From NCBI GenBank assembly GCA_002269645.1, contig NIVC01001194.1:124001-188000 (forward strand): a stretch of 64,000 nucleotides of DNA, given 5' to 3'. Every line of letters begins with the position of its first letter. Position 1 is the stretch's first letter. Under the pieces are notes generated by a model, which worked only from the letters and a program-made list of their open reading frames with translations, did no database searches and was not told where the DNA came from. This stretch comes from Macrostomum lignano. Taxonomy: Eukaryota. Below are positions 1 through 12,661 of this stretch, one piece after another. Made by a program: the position numbers and the translations under genes.

Positions 1-308
1 TCTACGAGCTATGCTGGGCTGTGCTGGACAACAATGCATTCTGCCTATAGTATGTACCTTTATTCAGCATTAGCCAGAAAAACTGTTTAACATTACATAT
101 TCAACTCAGCTATATACGAGCAACCTATCCATTGCTTAGAAGTTGTGTCAGTGTCTACTAGAGCCTCCTGAAAGCTAGCTAAACAACATGGCAACTATTA
201 TTATCACAGTTCCAGTATGCCAAAGCAAGCAAGCCAGACCTGTACGCCTGAGCCAGAGTTTGAAAACATTGCGTCATTCCAGCAATACTAATAATGGTAA
301 TAATTGAT

Positions 309-512
309 TACACCTGCCCCAATTGGGCCAGGTTTGCATCGACAGCTCATCCGCACCCTCAATCACCCTAGCTAATAGTGGTACCCATTTTACAGCTGGG
401 GTGAATTGAAGCAATACAGAGTTGTCTTGCCCAAGTACACAAATTGTTCCAGTAGGATCACGAATCGAGCCCTCGACCTTCAAGTTGTGAGTCCACTATA
501 GGCTGCAACCCC
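309..512 (-). mobile_element. tRNA-derived CORE-type SINE, diverged and internally deleted copy
   Basis: Shares cccattttacagctgg..gaa..gaagcaat.cagag..gtcttgc and the terminal tacacctgccccaattgg with the copies at 30.5, 46.3 and 50.6 kb. Confidence 0.75.
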
Positions 513-1548
513 CTTTGCAGTGCCATCGCAGTGTTAATGAACTGAAGTCAATCGCTCTGTTAAGGCTCTGGGTGAAGGCTTTCAATGCTGGTGAGTGTGT
601 ATTCGTATTTACATGTTTAGCAGGCCATTATTTTGTGTCTCGGCTTTTTGTTTTTAGATGATGATGAATATAAAGTTTCTGAAGAGAAAGGGACAACTAG
701 GGCGTACATGCATCTGGTGCGTCAGTACTGTAAATATTCTTGGATTTCAAATTTTCCGTTAAAGCAGAAAACCAACTTAAATCAACCCCTGAAGCCTAAA
801 ATATTAATTCAAAGAGCCCTTTGAAGTAATCTGATTGAAGAGATAAAAAAGATCAGTTTTCTTCATTACCAATAATTTACGGAAACTGTTTGCAAAGCAT
901 CAGCTTTCTAAAAACAGAATTTTAAAAGCAGAGGAAGTTAATTCAAGACATAGTTCAGCTTTGTTCAAAATTTGTTTGAAATGTGTTTCTAGCAGTTTTC
1001 TTCAAACTAGTCCTGCAATTTTCGTTTGAGCAGACTTAGCAAGCGATTCTGTGATGCCTTGAATAGTTGGCATGTGCTGATAAATTTTTGTTTTGTCAGT
1101 GCCGATCGAGTGTGATCAGCTTCTGTGCCAGACAGAAGGCAAAGGTTGCTTAAATGCATGTCTAAGAGCAGCTGACTAAATATTCTGTAAGACTACAATG
1201 AAAGCAGCTTTAGCATAACTAAAAGGTATTCTTAATGGTTGAAGAGATTCTCATATTTGTGAAAGCTAACAATATTTGATAGCAAAGATAATTAATAAAA
1301 ATTTAACTGGTGTTTGATAGGATTTCCAAAATTTTCCAGCCAAATTCGTACCAGAGGGAATTATGGGCGAATTTTGACCTAAAATGATTTGGCGATAAAT
1401 AATTTTCAATCTTGATCAAAGCACTGGTTATTACAGTAAAATAAAATTAAGTTAATCAGAAAAACATTCTGATTTATTGGGTATTATTAGAAAATAAATA
1501 ATAATAGCTTTGAAAAGATTTGCGAAAAAGATTTTTTGTTTAACTCAC

Positions 1549-4500
1549 TTCTGACTTCTTCTTCTTCCTCCTCACCCTCGTCGTCGGAGAGATCCTCTGA
1601 AATTGGGATCGCACTTTGACTTTTAAAGAGTTCATTATAACAGCCTGGCCAACGGTCCCCAGCACTCTCAATCTCTCTCAAGCCCTCAAAACCAAACGAG
1701 ACTCACTAATTAAAAGAACCGGAAAGTCAAAAAGCCTCGTGAAGATGCTTTGTGTCAAAGGAAATGCTGGGCATGCGCGGGCCCACAGGGAACACCTTGC
1801 ACTGCTAATAAGCCTGCATGAAACGAACCCTCATTGTCAAGCTCATCATTAAATTCTCGCAAGATTTTAACAAATCTGTGGTTTAATTAGCTTACAGATC
1901 GAGTTTAATGAAAACAAAAACATCTTTTGGATTTCACATCCGACTATTGAAATCTATCTTTTCAATTATTATCTATAGACCTTCCCTGCCTTTGGAGCGT
2001 CGTTGAATCATATATATTTCACTAATTTTCTGCAGCAAGAAAAAGTGCCAATTTGATTCGCTTTGCAAAGATCAGTTACTACAATGACAATATCGAATGG
2101 CAAGATTAAATAGTAAAGCGACCCCGTTAGACGTCGGAAACATATCGGCCGACGTCGAATTGATGTACGGGAAATTTCATGAATAACTTAATAAACGAGT
2201 TGATTTTTAATGTTTGTTCCCAATTATCCCCGAAGAAGGCACTAGGACGGACAAGCACTTTTTCTGCCATTCCTTGTGATGATTTCTTACCTGCGGTTAG
2301 AATCCACTCCATATAGCCGTTATAATCCTCCTCAAACTTCATTCGCTCTCTCTGCTTGTGAAATTTGCCCTTCTTCTTGGCTTTCTCCCGCTCCTTGGAG
2401 AATTCTCTGCGGGTTGCGTGCAAATTAAAAAATATAGAAAATATGCCGGCGACCTTGAGCTTTAACAAGAGAAAATGTTTAGAAGCGGCATTAATATGCA
2501 GCTGTTTAGACATTTGTCTCTTCTCACAAACTCTTGAGTAATGATGATTACAGGGACAGCTAAAGTCTTCGAAATGATCTGGAGGCCAATGTAAGGAATG
2601 CATACTTGTCGTATGCAACAAATATACGCTCCTTAACCGCATCCAGGTCATTTTTTTAGTAAAACCAAGTTTAGCGTCTGTCTACTTCAGCTGTCCATGA
2701 ATGAGGGGTCTACGAGCTTATCGCATCGTTCAATGCAGATACTTTTCACCAGCTCTAAACTTGACATCATCAAGTCAGAAAGTCTTATATCGCTTTAGCT
2801 GGTGACGTATGAAGTTAGTGAACGCCTCCAAGAAGGTTCATCTGCATTTATTCTAAGTATCGTTTTTATAGCCACTACATGCAAAGTTTCTTTGTTAGGA
2901 TATTTTCAAACCGCTCATGTTTCATGCAGATTATCAATGCTTGAAAGTTTGTAGTTGCTAATTTTTGTGCACTGTTGAACCTTTTCATAATCGCATTTAT
3001 GGGATTTAGGAAAAAATTGGAGAAATTTCCTGTTATGAAAAACTATAATGCACTCAGGGAACCAGCGAGTAGGAAGTGCTGTCGATTTTATGCTGGATGG
3101 AACAGCTATTCAGTATGAAATTTGCGGTTCATTGAGTTTCGTTACGGGAATTTTTCTTTCAAAAAGTTTGGCTTAAAATATTATTGTATAATTTGACGTC
3201 ATAAAACAACGTATTAATTTTCTGTCTGTTCTTTGTGGTCTGAATTGTAGTCATGTTATAATAAAATTTAAATGAATCGATACATCTGCGATTTCATCAA
3301 TGATAATGGGTCCTTTTTTTCTGTCAAATCGGTCCGTTCTGGTTATTTTTGAACGGTAAGGTCGCTGTCGCATTCTTATACTTTGCGTAACTTTGATCTG
3401 AGCTCGTAGATGTAGAATTATCCATTTGCCAGCGACGTCCATCGAATTCGAAAACGCGCAATTTGGGGATATTGAACGGGCTTCAACTTAGTGTTTAATG
3501 ATGCTCACCCGCTCAGCACTCCGAGAACCAGATTGAGAACAAAGAATGATCCAAGAATAATAAGGCTGACAAAGTACAGCCAGGCGAATTCGGGTCCAGT
3601 GCTGTCCGTGACATAGTACATCACGTCAGTCCAGCCCTCCATGGTGATGCACTGGAACACTGTCAGCATAGCCAGGCCGATATTATCGAAGTTGGTGATG
3701 CCCGAGTTCGGCCCGGGCCAGCGCTCAGTGATGCCCGGTTTTGGTCGCCAGTCTTTGTCCATGGGATTCGCGTCGAAGCACGTCCAGTTTTCGTCGGACT
3801 TTGCCTCGGGATAGTCGACGCCCATGCAGCCCCAGCCTTTCAAATCGTCCGGATGGCGACTGTCGCAAGGACGGGGCTCGTCGCTAATCATCCCTAGGGA
3901 TTTTAAGTGTTTTTAACTTTTTAGTAGTTTTTTATTTTAATTTAAAAACTTATTTTTGAGACAGAATATCTGAACAGGCACAACCGAAGTACGTGCACTT
4001 GGATGACGTGTCCAGTTTCACTTATTGCTTCGTGGGTGTAAGTCAGGATTATTTAGAGATTTAGTGATTTAATCATCATTATTTTACTGTACGGTCAGCC
4101 CTAGGGGGCATCAAACGTACTGCAATACTTTGATAGCCTGTATGGGGTGTGGTCCCCCTCGACCCCTGGCTACATGCGTCTCAATTTTTTAGTTTAACTC
4201 GCTTGAAGCTTGAAAATTCCATTGATTTAAGGGAATCCGCAGGTAACAGAATGGGGGACTTTGTAGGACAGACAATCCGAACAGAGAAGAGGCCAGTGCA
4301 ACTTGAAGCAGAAATGCAATATCCCTTGATGACATGCAGTACACTGTGGACCTACCTGCAATTCTACCCCCCCCCCCAGGGGGAAGCGCATATTTAGGCA
4401 GAAGAAGGAGAAGGAGAGAAGAGAATCGATGAAGAGCACGAGACTACCTGCAGTCATTGCGGTGTTTCCCGACTGCTCAGCGGCCAGATTGGCTGCAGGG

Positions 4501-7500
4501 ACTCAATGCGATGAGGGCTCAATTCGCTACACAGCCAAATCGGGCAAGTGCGGAAGCGAGCCGGTCATGCAGGGGTGAGCAGGGAAGGAAGACTTGTGTT
4601 TCTAGCTCATTACTGCAGAGAGATTGAGAAAGAAGCGAGAGAGCACAATATGCATCTGGACGCAAATCAGAGAGGCGAGTAGCGTGTGAGACTGCGGCTC
4701 TGCAAAAGCAGTGAGAGTTTGTGCATGCCTTTACTAGATAATCTCAGAGCAACTCATCCATCTGGGACGGTGCCTGAGGCTGTTGTGGACGACTTGAGTA
4801 AGATTAAGGGTGCCTATACACTGCAAGCTAGAGCCCGCAGATTTATGAGTACTGCCAGATAGGTATTCGGGTTTCATCGCTGATAACTAGAAATTGACTT
4901 ATTGCTGTGTGATAGCAGATAAGGGCCTGATTCATTTGGATAAAGGAAGTAATTTTTCGAAAAGAAACGTAGCAAGATATGATGCATATTTTACAACAAA
5001 GAGTTTTTGTTTGCTTGGCCAAACCATCTTTCTATCTCGTGCATGAAACGTAAACTAAGAGCGTAGGCTGTTCCTTGATAGAGTTCTGTTGGTCATTGTT
5101 TTGATAATTTCACCTAAACACTGGGGCATTATTCCACAATTACTCCAAAATATAAATTTACCCAATATACAAATTCCATCACGTGACTGCTTTCTACTAC
5201 ACCTTTATTATCAACTCACCCCACCTTATCTTATCTTTGCTTAGGCGTAAAATAACTGTGGCATAGTGGTAGATTAATTAGTATGTATAGCTAAGTTAAT
5301 GGCCAAATATGAAAAGCTAAAACGCTGAAATGATGCCATTATTTTACACTTAATGCAAAAATAAGCAACTTTGTACATGAGTTAATCAATGTACGAGTCG
5401 TACATTGGCGAGCAACTGTGGATTAATGGCTAACACTATTGTTTCTGAGTGAAAGTATATATACAATGACATTTAGTTTCTTTTGGTTTTGTTTTAATTA
5501 GACCCTGACAATGCCCGCGCCAAAACTACGACTTTGAAAGTTCAAAGACGACTGAATTAATCTATATTTATTTAAGTAATCTAATCTAAGAAGTAATCTA
5601 CTTAAGTAGTCTTTGGGAAAACTCGGCATTGCGCACTCACAGAAGCCGGTGTTGTGGTCCTGTCGGTAGCAGGCACCGTGCAGTTTACCGGAGAACATCT
5701 CAAGACCAATTATGGCATAGATGAGTATAACAAAGATTACTAGCAGAGCAATATGCAGTAAAGGTAGCATCGCTCGCATGATTGAGTTGAGCACAACTTG
5801 TAGGCTTGGCAAGCCGGACACAAGCCTGAGAGGTCGCAATACTCGAAACGCTCTCAGCGCTTTGATGTCAAGAGACTTTGGCAGCAAGCTCTGCAGAGCA
5901 ATGCTGAAAAGTCCCATTACAACGATGATAAAGTCTAATACGTTCCAGAAGTTTCTCAGATAAGCGTTTGGGTCCATGACGAAGCCCTGGGCGATGATTT
6001 TCAGGCAGCACTCCAGCGTAAATATGCCAGTGAAGACCAGCTCCAGCTTTTCCTGTAAACATTGCAGGGAGAAAGTGGTTTAAAAGAGTTTCAAAATTCT
6101 GATGCCAACAATTTGCCGATGTATTTGTCTATAGTCTGACTTTTTTAAGTTAGCTATTAGGTTAAGACATTGAAAAAAACTTGTTAAGCTAAGAATTTTG
6201 GCTTAGCATATTTTGCTTTTTGTTAATTGATATTAAATCTTGTTCAGAAGTGACGCTTTTTTTGTCAAACAGCGTTGCTTTATATCAGAAAATCAAATTT
6301 TAACATAGGCTTCTTCCCTCTTCCTCTTGACATTTTCTAGATAATATGTAGCTTTATATAGATTTGGGAAATCTCATTTCAAGTGTAGCATGACTGACTA
6401 AGTGCTTTATAGAAAATTCTCTGACTCCCCTAAAAGCACTGACGCGACGGTGCATCGAACGTCAGTCCAGTCTCCAAAGACGAAATAAGCACTTAACACT
6501 CACCAAAAATAGATTGGCATCGTTTGAGTCGAGCTCCGGGTAGGGTTTTGTAGCGGCCAGGGCCACGCAGTTGGCGAAGATTGTCAGCAAGATGATTATT
6601 TCGAACGGCCTGATGAAAATGTGTTTCGAGTTTGATAGCATTAGCTGACGCTACAAGTGCATAAATACGCTCGCACATTCGGGTATCGTATTAAAGAACG
6701 TTTCGATTATTTCAGACGAATTTTATTGACCCATAGCAAAAGATAATTTTTGCTTCCTGTGAATGACAGTCGCTTATTGTGAATAGGGTAGTTTGTTGTT
6801 TATAGAGTAGCTTGTTGTGAATCGAGTAATTTGTTAATAGAGTAGTTTGTTGTGAATAGAGTAGTTTGTTGTGAATTGAGTAGCTTGTTATTAGAGTAGT
6901 TTGTTGTTAATAGAGTAGCTTGTTGTGAATTGAGTAGCTTGTTAATAGAGTAGTTTGTTGTGAATTGAGTAGCTTTTTGTGAATTGAGTAGTTTGTTGTG
7001 AATTGAGTAGTTTGTTGTGAATAGAGTAGTTTGTTGTGAATTGAGTAGTTTGTTGTTAATAGAGTAGTTTGTTGTGAATAGAGTAGTTTGTTGTGAATTG
7101 AGTAGTTTGTTGTGAATAGAGTAGCTTGTTAATAGAGTAGTTTGTTGTGAATTGAGTAGTTTGTTGTTATTAGTGTAGTTTGTTGTTTTTAGAGTAGCTT
7201 GTTGGGTTTTGAAGTATTTTCTTCGAAAATTTTGCCAGTATCCTAAGGCGCTGATTAATAACCCTCTGGGCTGAGCTGACAAGGTATTGAGGTTCTAAGA
7301 TACTTTAAATTACCAATATGTTCTGTAGATTCTGATGAGAGCGGGAATAGGAATAGAAATAATTTATAATCATGAAAATATCCCTCTTAAGTACTGACTT
7401 TCCCTAACCCCTGCCAAAGCCAGGTAATCCAGATATACTAGACCCGGCAGATGGGAGATCAGATCAAATCAATGCACTTTGAGTTTTATGTAAATGGCTG

Positions 7501-9464
7501 GATTTCTCGCGATGTTCGGCTGAGTTTTGACCTCAAACTATCGTTCGGAATATCACGCGATGGGATATAAAATATTATTGCACTGCATATGTAGTACTTC
7601 CCCAGTCAAGAATTAGTGGGATTGTACCAGCCAGATCATCTAAGATTACCTTCTGCTTCATTCGTACATTGTCTACAGAACGTTTGCTTGATTAATTAAC
7701 GAAAATATATTTATTAAATAATGCTGGAACGATGACTGGGGTGATTCAGGATTGGGATTCTGTAGGAGAATAAGTTGAATACATTCGGTGAGAGAATGGA
7801 AATAAAGATATTCTTCTATACTTCTATTCTTCTATAAAGAAGTCTAGGATTCGGTGAAGGAGACTGGACTCTGGATAAAGGAAACTGGGACTCTCGATGA
7901 AAGAGACTGGGACTCTCGATGAAGGAGACTGGGACTCTCGATGAAGCAGACTGGGACTCTCGATGAAGGAGACTGGGACTCTCGATGAACGAGACTGGGA
8001 ATCTCGATGAAGAAAACGGGTTTGATGAAGGAGTCTGGGATTTGATGAAGGAGACTGGGACTCTCGATGAAGGAGACTGGAACTCTCGATGAAGGAGACT
8101 GGGACTCTCGATGAAGGAGACTGGGACTCTCGATGAAGGAGACTGGGACTCTCGATGAAGGAGACTGGGACTCTCGATGAAGCAGACTGGGACTCTCGAT
8201 GAAGGAGACTGGGACTCTCGATGAAGGAGACTGGGACTCTCGATGAACGAGACTGGGAATCTCGATGAAGAAAACGGGTTTGATGAAGGAGTCTGGGATT
8301 TGATGAAGGAGACTGGGACTCTCGATGAAGGAGACTGAGACTCTCGATGAAGGAGACTGGGACTCTCGATGAACGAGACTGGGACTCTCGATGAAGGAGA
8401 CTGGGACTCTCGATGAAGGAGACTGAGACTCTCGATGAAGGAGACTGGGACTCTCGATGAAGGAGACTGGGACTCTCGATGAACGAGACTGGGAATCTCG
8501 ATGAAGAAGACGGGTTTGATGAAGGAGTCTGGGATTTGATGAAGGAGTCTGGGATTTGATGAAGGAGACTGGAACTCTCGATGAAGGAGACTGGGACTCT
8601 CGATGAAGGAGACTGGGACTCTCGATGAAGGAGACTGGGACTCTCGATGAAGCAGACTGGGACTCTCGATGAAGGAGACTGGGACTCTCGATGAAGGAGA
8701 CTGAGACTCTCGATGAAGGAGACTGGGACTCTCGATGAAGCAGACTGGGACTCTCGATGAAGGAGACTGGGACTCTCGATGAAGGAGACTGAGACTCTCG
8801 ATGAAGGAGACTGGGACTCTCGATGAAGGAGACTGGGACTCTCGATGAAGGAGACTGGGACTCTCGATGAAGGAGACTGGGACTCTCGATGAAGGAGACT
8901 GAGACTCTCGATGAAGGAGACTGGGACTCTCGATGAAGGAGACTGGAACTCTGGATGAAGAAGAATGGGGCTCGATAAAGGAGTCTGGAATTTGATGAAG
9001 CAGATTGGGACTTTATCGAGAAAAAATCTGTTTAAAACCGGCAGGACTCACTTTCTGTCCACCAGCTTGATAATCAACTTCCTTATGGGGTTGTTGATTG
9101 ACAGGCAGAACAGCACTCGGTTCGGCCGCTTGTCCCTCGGTTCAGAGCGCGCCCGCCTGGCGGCCTGGCTCTGCGCCAGCATGGCGGACATAGCCACGGA
9201 CATGAGGTCACTGTGGCCGGTGCCGAGGCCGCTGGGTTCAGCACTGAAGGCGGTTACCCTCGGTGTCGGGTTGATGTGCACCTGTCTGCCCGGCTGCTGC
9301 TGCGGCAGCTGTTGCGACAACAACGCTGAAGTAGACGGATGCTGAGCTGCATCGTTGGATGAAGTTTGCAAATTTGCCGGGCATGCCGCTGCTGTGGAGA
9401 AACTGGCGGGTGCTGACGGCGGCTGCGGCTGCGGCTGCTGAGGGTTCTCAATGTTTTCTTCCAT
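1549..9464 (-). CDS. Cav1: Voltage-gated calcium channel alpha-1 subunit, L-type (Cav1); 5' part only (N-terminus, domain I, start of I-II linker), gene continues left of the window
   Basis: Exons on the minus strand with GT-AG boundaries and matching phases: 9464-9052, 6609-6504, 6052-5641, 3893-3509, 2406-2291, 1596-1549 (~493 codons). The ATG at 9464 sits in GCCATGG with an in-frame stop upstream. Motifs: IS1 [20 protein letters not shown]4 [17 protein letters not shown], pore [15 protein letters not shown]6 [13 protein letters not shown], Cav1-type [10 protein letters not shown] and [14 protein letters not shown]. Confidence 0.96.
6776..7202. repeat. ~20-bp minisatellite (tttgttgtgaatagagtagt), Cav1 intron 1
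   Basis: Degenerate tandem copies read directly. Confidence 0.9.
7855..9012. repeat. 22-bp minisatellite (gaaggagactgggactctcgat), Cav1 intron 1
   Basis: About 50 tandem units with recurring variant blocks. Confidence 0.95.
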
Positions 9465-9545
9465 GGCGACGGCTTGGAGAGCCCTCACCCGCCGCCTCTG
9501 CCTGCCTGACCTGCCAACTGGTCACTGACTGGACAGAGCGGTCGC

Positions 9546-9570
9546 CTAGGAGAGTGAGGGGGGGGGGCGA
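9546..9570 (-). promoter_or_regulatory. Splice acceptor 82 nt upstream of the Cav1 ATG (5'UTR intron or trans-splice acceptor)
   Basis: The minus strand reads cccccccccctcactctcctag|GCGACC. An in-frame stop lies between this site and the ATG, so any upstream exon is non-coding. Confidence 0.55.
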
Positions 9571-9743
9571 TGAGTGCGTCTGACACATGGGGATTCGTTG
9601 AGAACCAATGAGAAACCGGTTTGGTTTGCCTGAGGGAAGCATTTGTAGTGTTGGGACTCTGCTTTGTACAATAACTATCTTGTCAAATTAATTAACACTA
9701 TCTTTGCGAAAGAATATATTCGGGGGCTCATTTTTTCTGTCAA

Positions 9744-10587
9744 ATCCCAGTCAGAGACATCCCAGTCAGAGACATCCCAATCAGATACATCCCAGTCAGA
9801 GACATCCCAGTCAGAGACATCCCAGTCAGAGACATCCCAGTCAGAGACATCCCAGTCAGAGACATCCCAGTCAGAGACATCCCAGTCAGAGACATCCCAG
9901 TCAGAGACATCCCAGTCAGAGACATCCCAGTCAGAGACATCCCAGTCAGAGACATCCCAGTCAGAGACATCCCAGTCAGAGACATCCCAGTCAGAGACAT
10001 CCCAGTCAGAGACATCCCAGTCAGAGACATCCCAGTCAGAGACATCCCAGTCAGAGACATCCCAGTCAGAGACATCCCAGTCAGAGACATCCCAGTCAGA
10101 GACATCCCAGTCAGAGACATCCCAGTCAGAGACATCCCAGTCAGAGACATCCCAGTCAGAGACATCCCAGTCAGAGACATCCCAGTCAGAGACATCCCAG
10201 TCAGAGACATCCCAGTCAGAGACATCCCAGTCAGAGACATCCCAGTCAGAGACATCCCAGTCAGAGACATCCCAGTCAGAGACATCCCAGTCAGAGACAT
10301 CCCAGTCAGAGACATCCCAGTCAGAGACATCCCAGTCAGAGACATCCCAGTCAGAGACATCCCAGTCAGAGACATCCCAGTCAGAGACATCCCAGTCAGA
10401 GACATCCCAGTCAGAGACATCCCAGTCAGAGACATCCCAGTCAGAGACATCCCAGTCAGAGACATCCCAGTCAGAGACATCCCAGTCAGAGACATCCCAG
10501 TCAGAGACATCCCAGTCAGAGACATCCCAGTCAGAGACATCCCAGTCAGAGACATCCCAGTCAGATACATCCCAGTCAGAGACATCA
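9744..10587. repeat. 15-bp minisatellite (atcccagtcagagac), almost perfect
   Basis: About 56 units; variants occur only near the two ends. Confidence 0.97.
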
Positions 10588-11097
10588 TATTCGTCATGGA
10601 TAGTTTTTTATAAATGCCATGTTCTTACTCCAATTAGCTGCAGTGTCTGTCAGTCTAGAGACTGTCAGTCGAGCTCTATCTTAATCCCCACACACGCAAA
10701 CTCTCTGCTCTGCATCTTCCCATCTTCGTGTCTCTTGGATCTCTAATCTGACATTGTGCCGTGACTGGTGCAAATGAGAAAGAAAATATTTGGAGACAAA
10801 TCTACACACTAGCTCGGCATTGAAAGGTAACCCCATTCCGTCCAAAAGGGGATTAAGCAAGGGTATTAAGCCTCCCCTAGCAGCAGGCCACCTCTATGCA
10901 AGGAAAAAAGGGGCCAGAGTCCCGCGCCTTTGACTTTTTGCGAAAGCAAGGGTAACACGAGCTGCATACAAAGCTGCAATTTTGCTGAGTGCCCAAGTTA
11001 TTTTTAGTTATTAATATTAATACTTTTTGAGACCTCTTTGTGAGCGGTGGATTCGTGTTTTGAGTTAGGACAGCAGGTTCTGCTCCATGAGTAAAAG

Positions 11098-12178
11098 TTT
11101 ATGACCAATCAATACCAGTTCATGACCAACCAATATCAGTTTATGACCAATCATCACCAGTTTATGACCAACCAATATCAGTTTATGACAAATCAATACC
11201 AGTTTATGACAAATCAATACCAGTTTATGACAAATCAATACCTGTTCATGACCAATCATCACCAGTTTATGACCAATCAATACCAGTTCATGACCAACCA
11301 ATATCAGTTTATGACCAATCATCACCAGTTTATGACCAACCAATATCAGTTTATGACAAATAAATACCAGTTTATGACAAATCAATACCTGTTTATGACA
11401 AATCAATACCAGTTCATGACCAATCATCACCAGTTTATGACCAATCAATACCAGTTCATGACCAACCAATATCAGTTTATGACCAATCATCACCAGTTTA
11501 TGACCAATCATAACCAGTTTATGACCAATCAATACCAGTTCATGACCAACCAATATCAGTTTATGACCAATCATCACCAGTTTATGACCAATCAATACCA
11601 GTTCATGACCAATCATCACCAGTTTATGACCAATCAATACCAGTTCATGACCAACCAATATCAGTTTATGACCAATCATCACCAGTTTATGACCAATCAA
11701 TACCAGTTCATGACCAATCATCACCAGTTTATGACCAATCAATACCAGTTCATGACCAACCAATATTAGTTTATGACCAATCATCACCAGTTTATGACCA
11801 ATCAATACCAGTTCATGACCAATCATCACCAGTTTATGACCAATCAATACCAGTTCATGACCAACCAATATCAGTTTATGACCAATCATCACCAGTTTAT
11901 GACCAATCAATACCAGTTCATGACCAATCATAACCAGTTTATGACCAATCAATACCAGTTCATGACCAACCAATATTAGTTTATGACCAATCATCACCAG
12001 TTTATGACAAATCAATACCAGTTCATGACTAATCATCACCAGTTTATGACCAATCAATACCAGTTCATGACCAACCAATATCAGTTTATGACCAATCATC
12101 ACCAGTTTATGACCAACCAATATCAGTTTATGACCAATAAATACCAGTTTATGACCAATCATCTCCAGTTTTTGACCG
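11098..12178. repeat. 21-bp minisatellite (atgaccaatcaataccagtty) with higher-order variants
   Basis: About 51 units in four main variants. Confidence 0.95.
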
Positions 12179-12661
12179 ACCACAATAGAAGCATTACTAC
12201 ACAATACAATAATTGCCAATCAAAAAGTCACGATTGCCGAAGCGAAGAAATTAATGAATCTTTGGTCTGGCATAGTTTCATTTTCAGACTGATTTAGAAT
12301 GCAATCAAACAGTTAAAAAATCGATTAAGATGTTCTTATTTTTGCCTTTTTGGAAATATTATTAAATCCAGCCTAAATTAAAATTCGTCTCCACAAAATT
12401 ATCTGAAATAAACCAGAGTCATCTCGCAGCAATGTCTGCACTAGCAATGCATTATTGCTGCTTCTAAAAGCAGAATTCTGTTTGCATTAAATTATTCAAT
12501 ATTGCATCCAGCGCTGCTCAAGGAGTTTTTAAATATCGATTTTTTAGTTAAGGTCGCTGAAGGGAAAGATGGGGGTCGAGAAAGCCTTCTGAGACTATTT
12601 TAAGAGCTAAAATCCACCTATACTAAATCTCTAAAGTCTGTCTGTCTTTACAAGGCTAAAC

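Noticed and set aside
2127-2651. 174-aa ORF as a stand-alone gene
   Set aside because: Only 2406-2291 is coding (Cav1 exon 5); the rest is open intron sequence.
9664-10746. 360-aa SQSET-repeat ORF and its overlapping frames
   Set aside because: The unit length is a multiple of 3 with no stop, so several frames are open. There is no signal peptide, splice support or synonymous variation.
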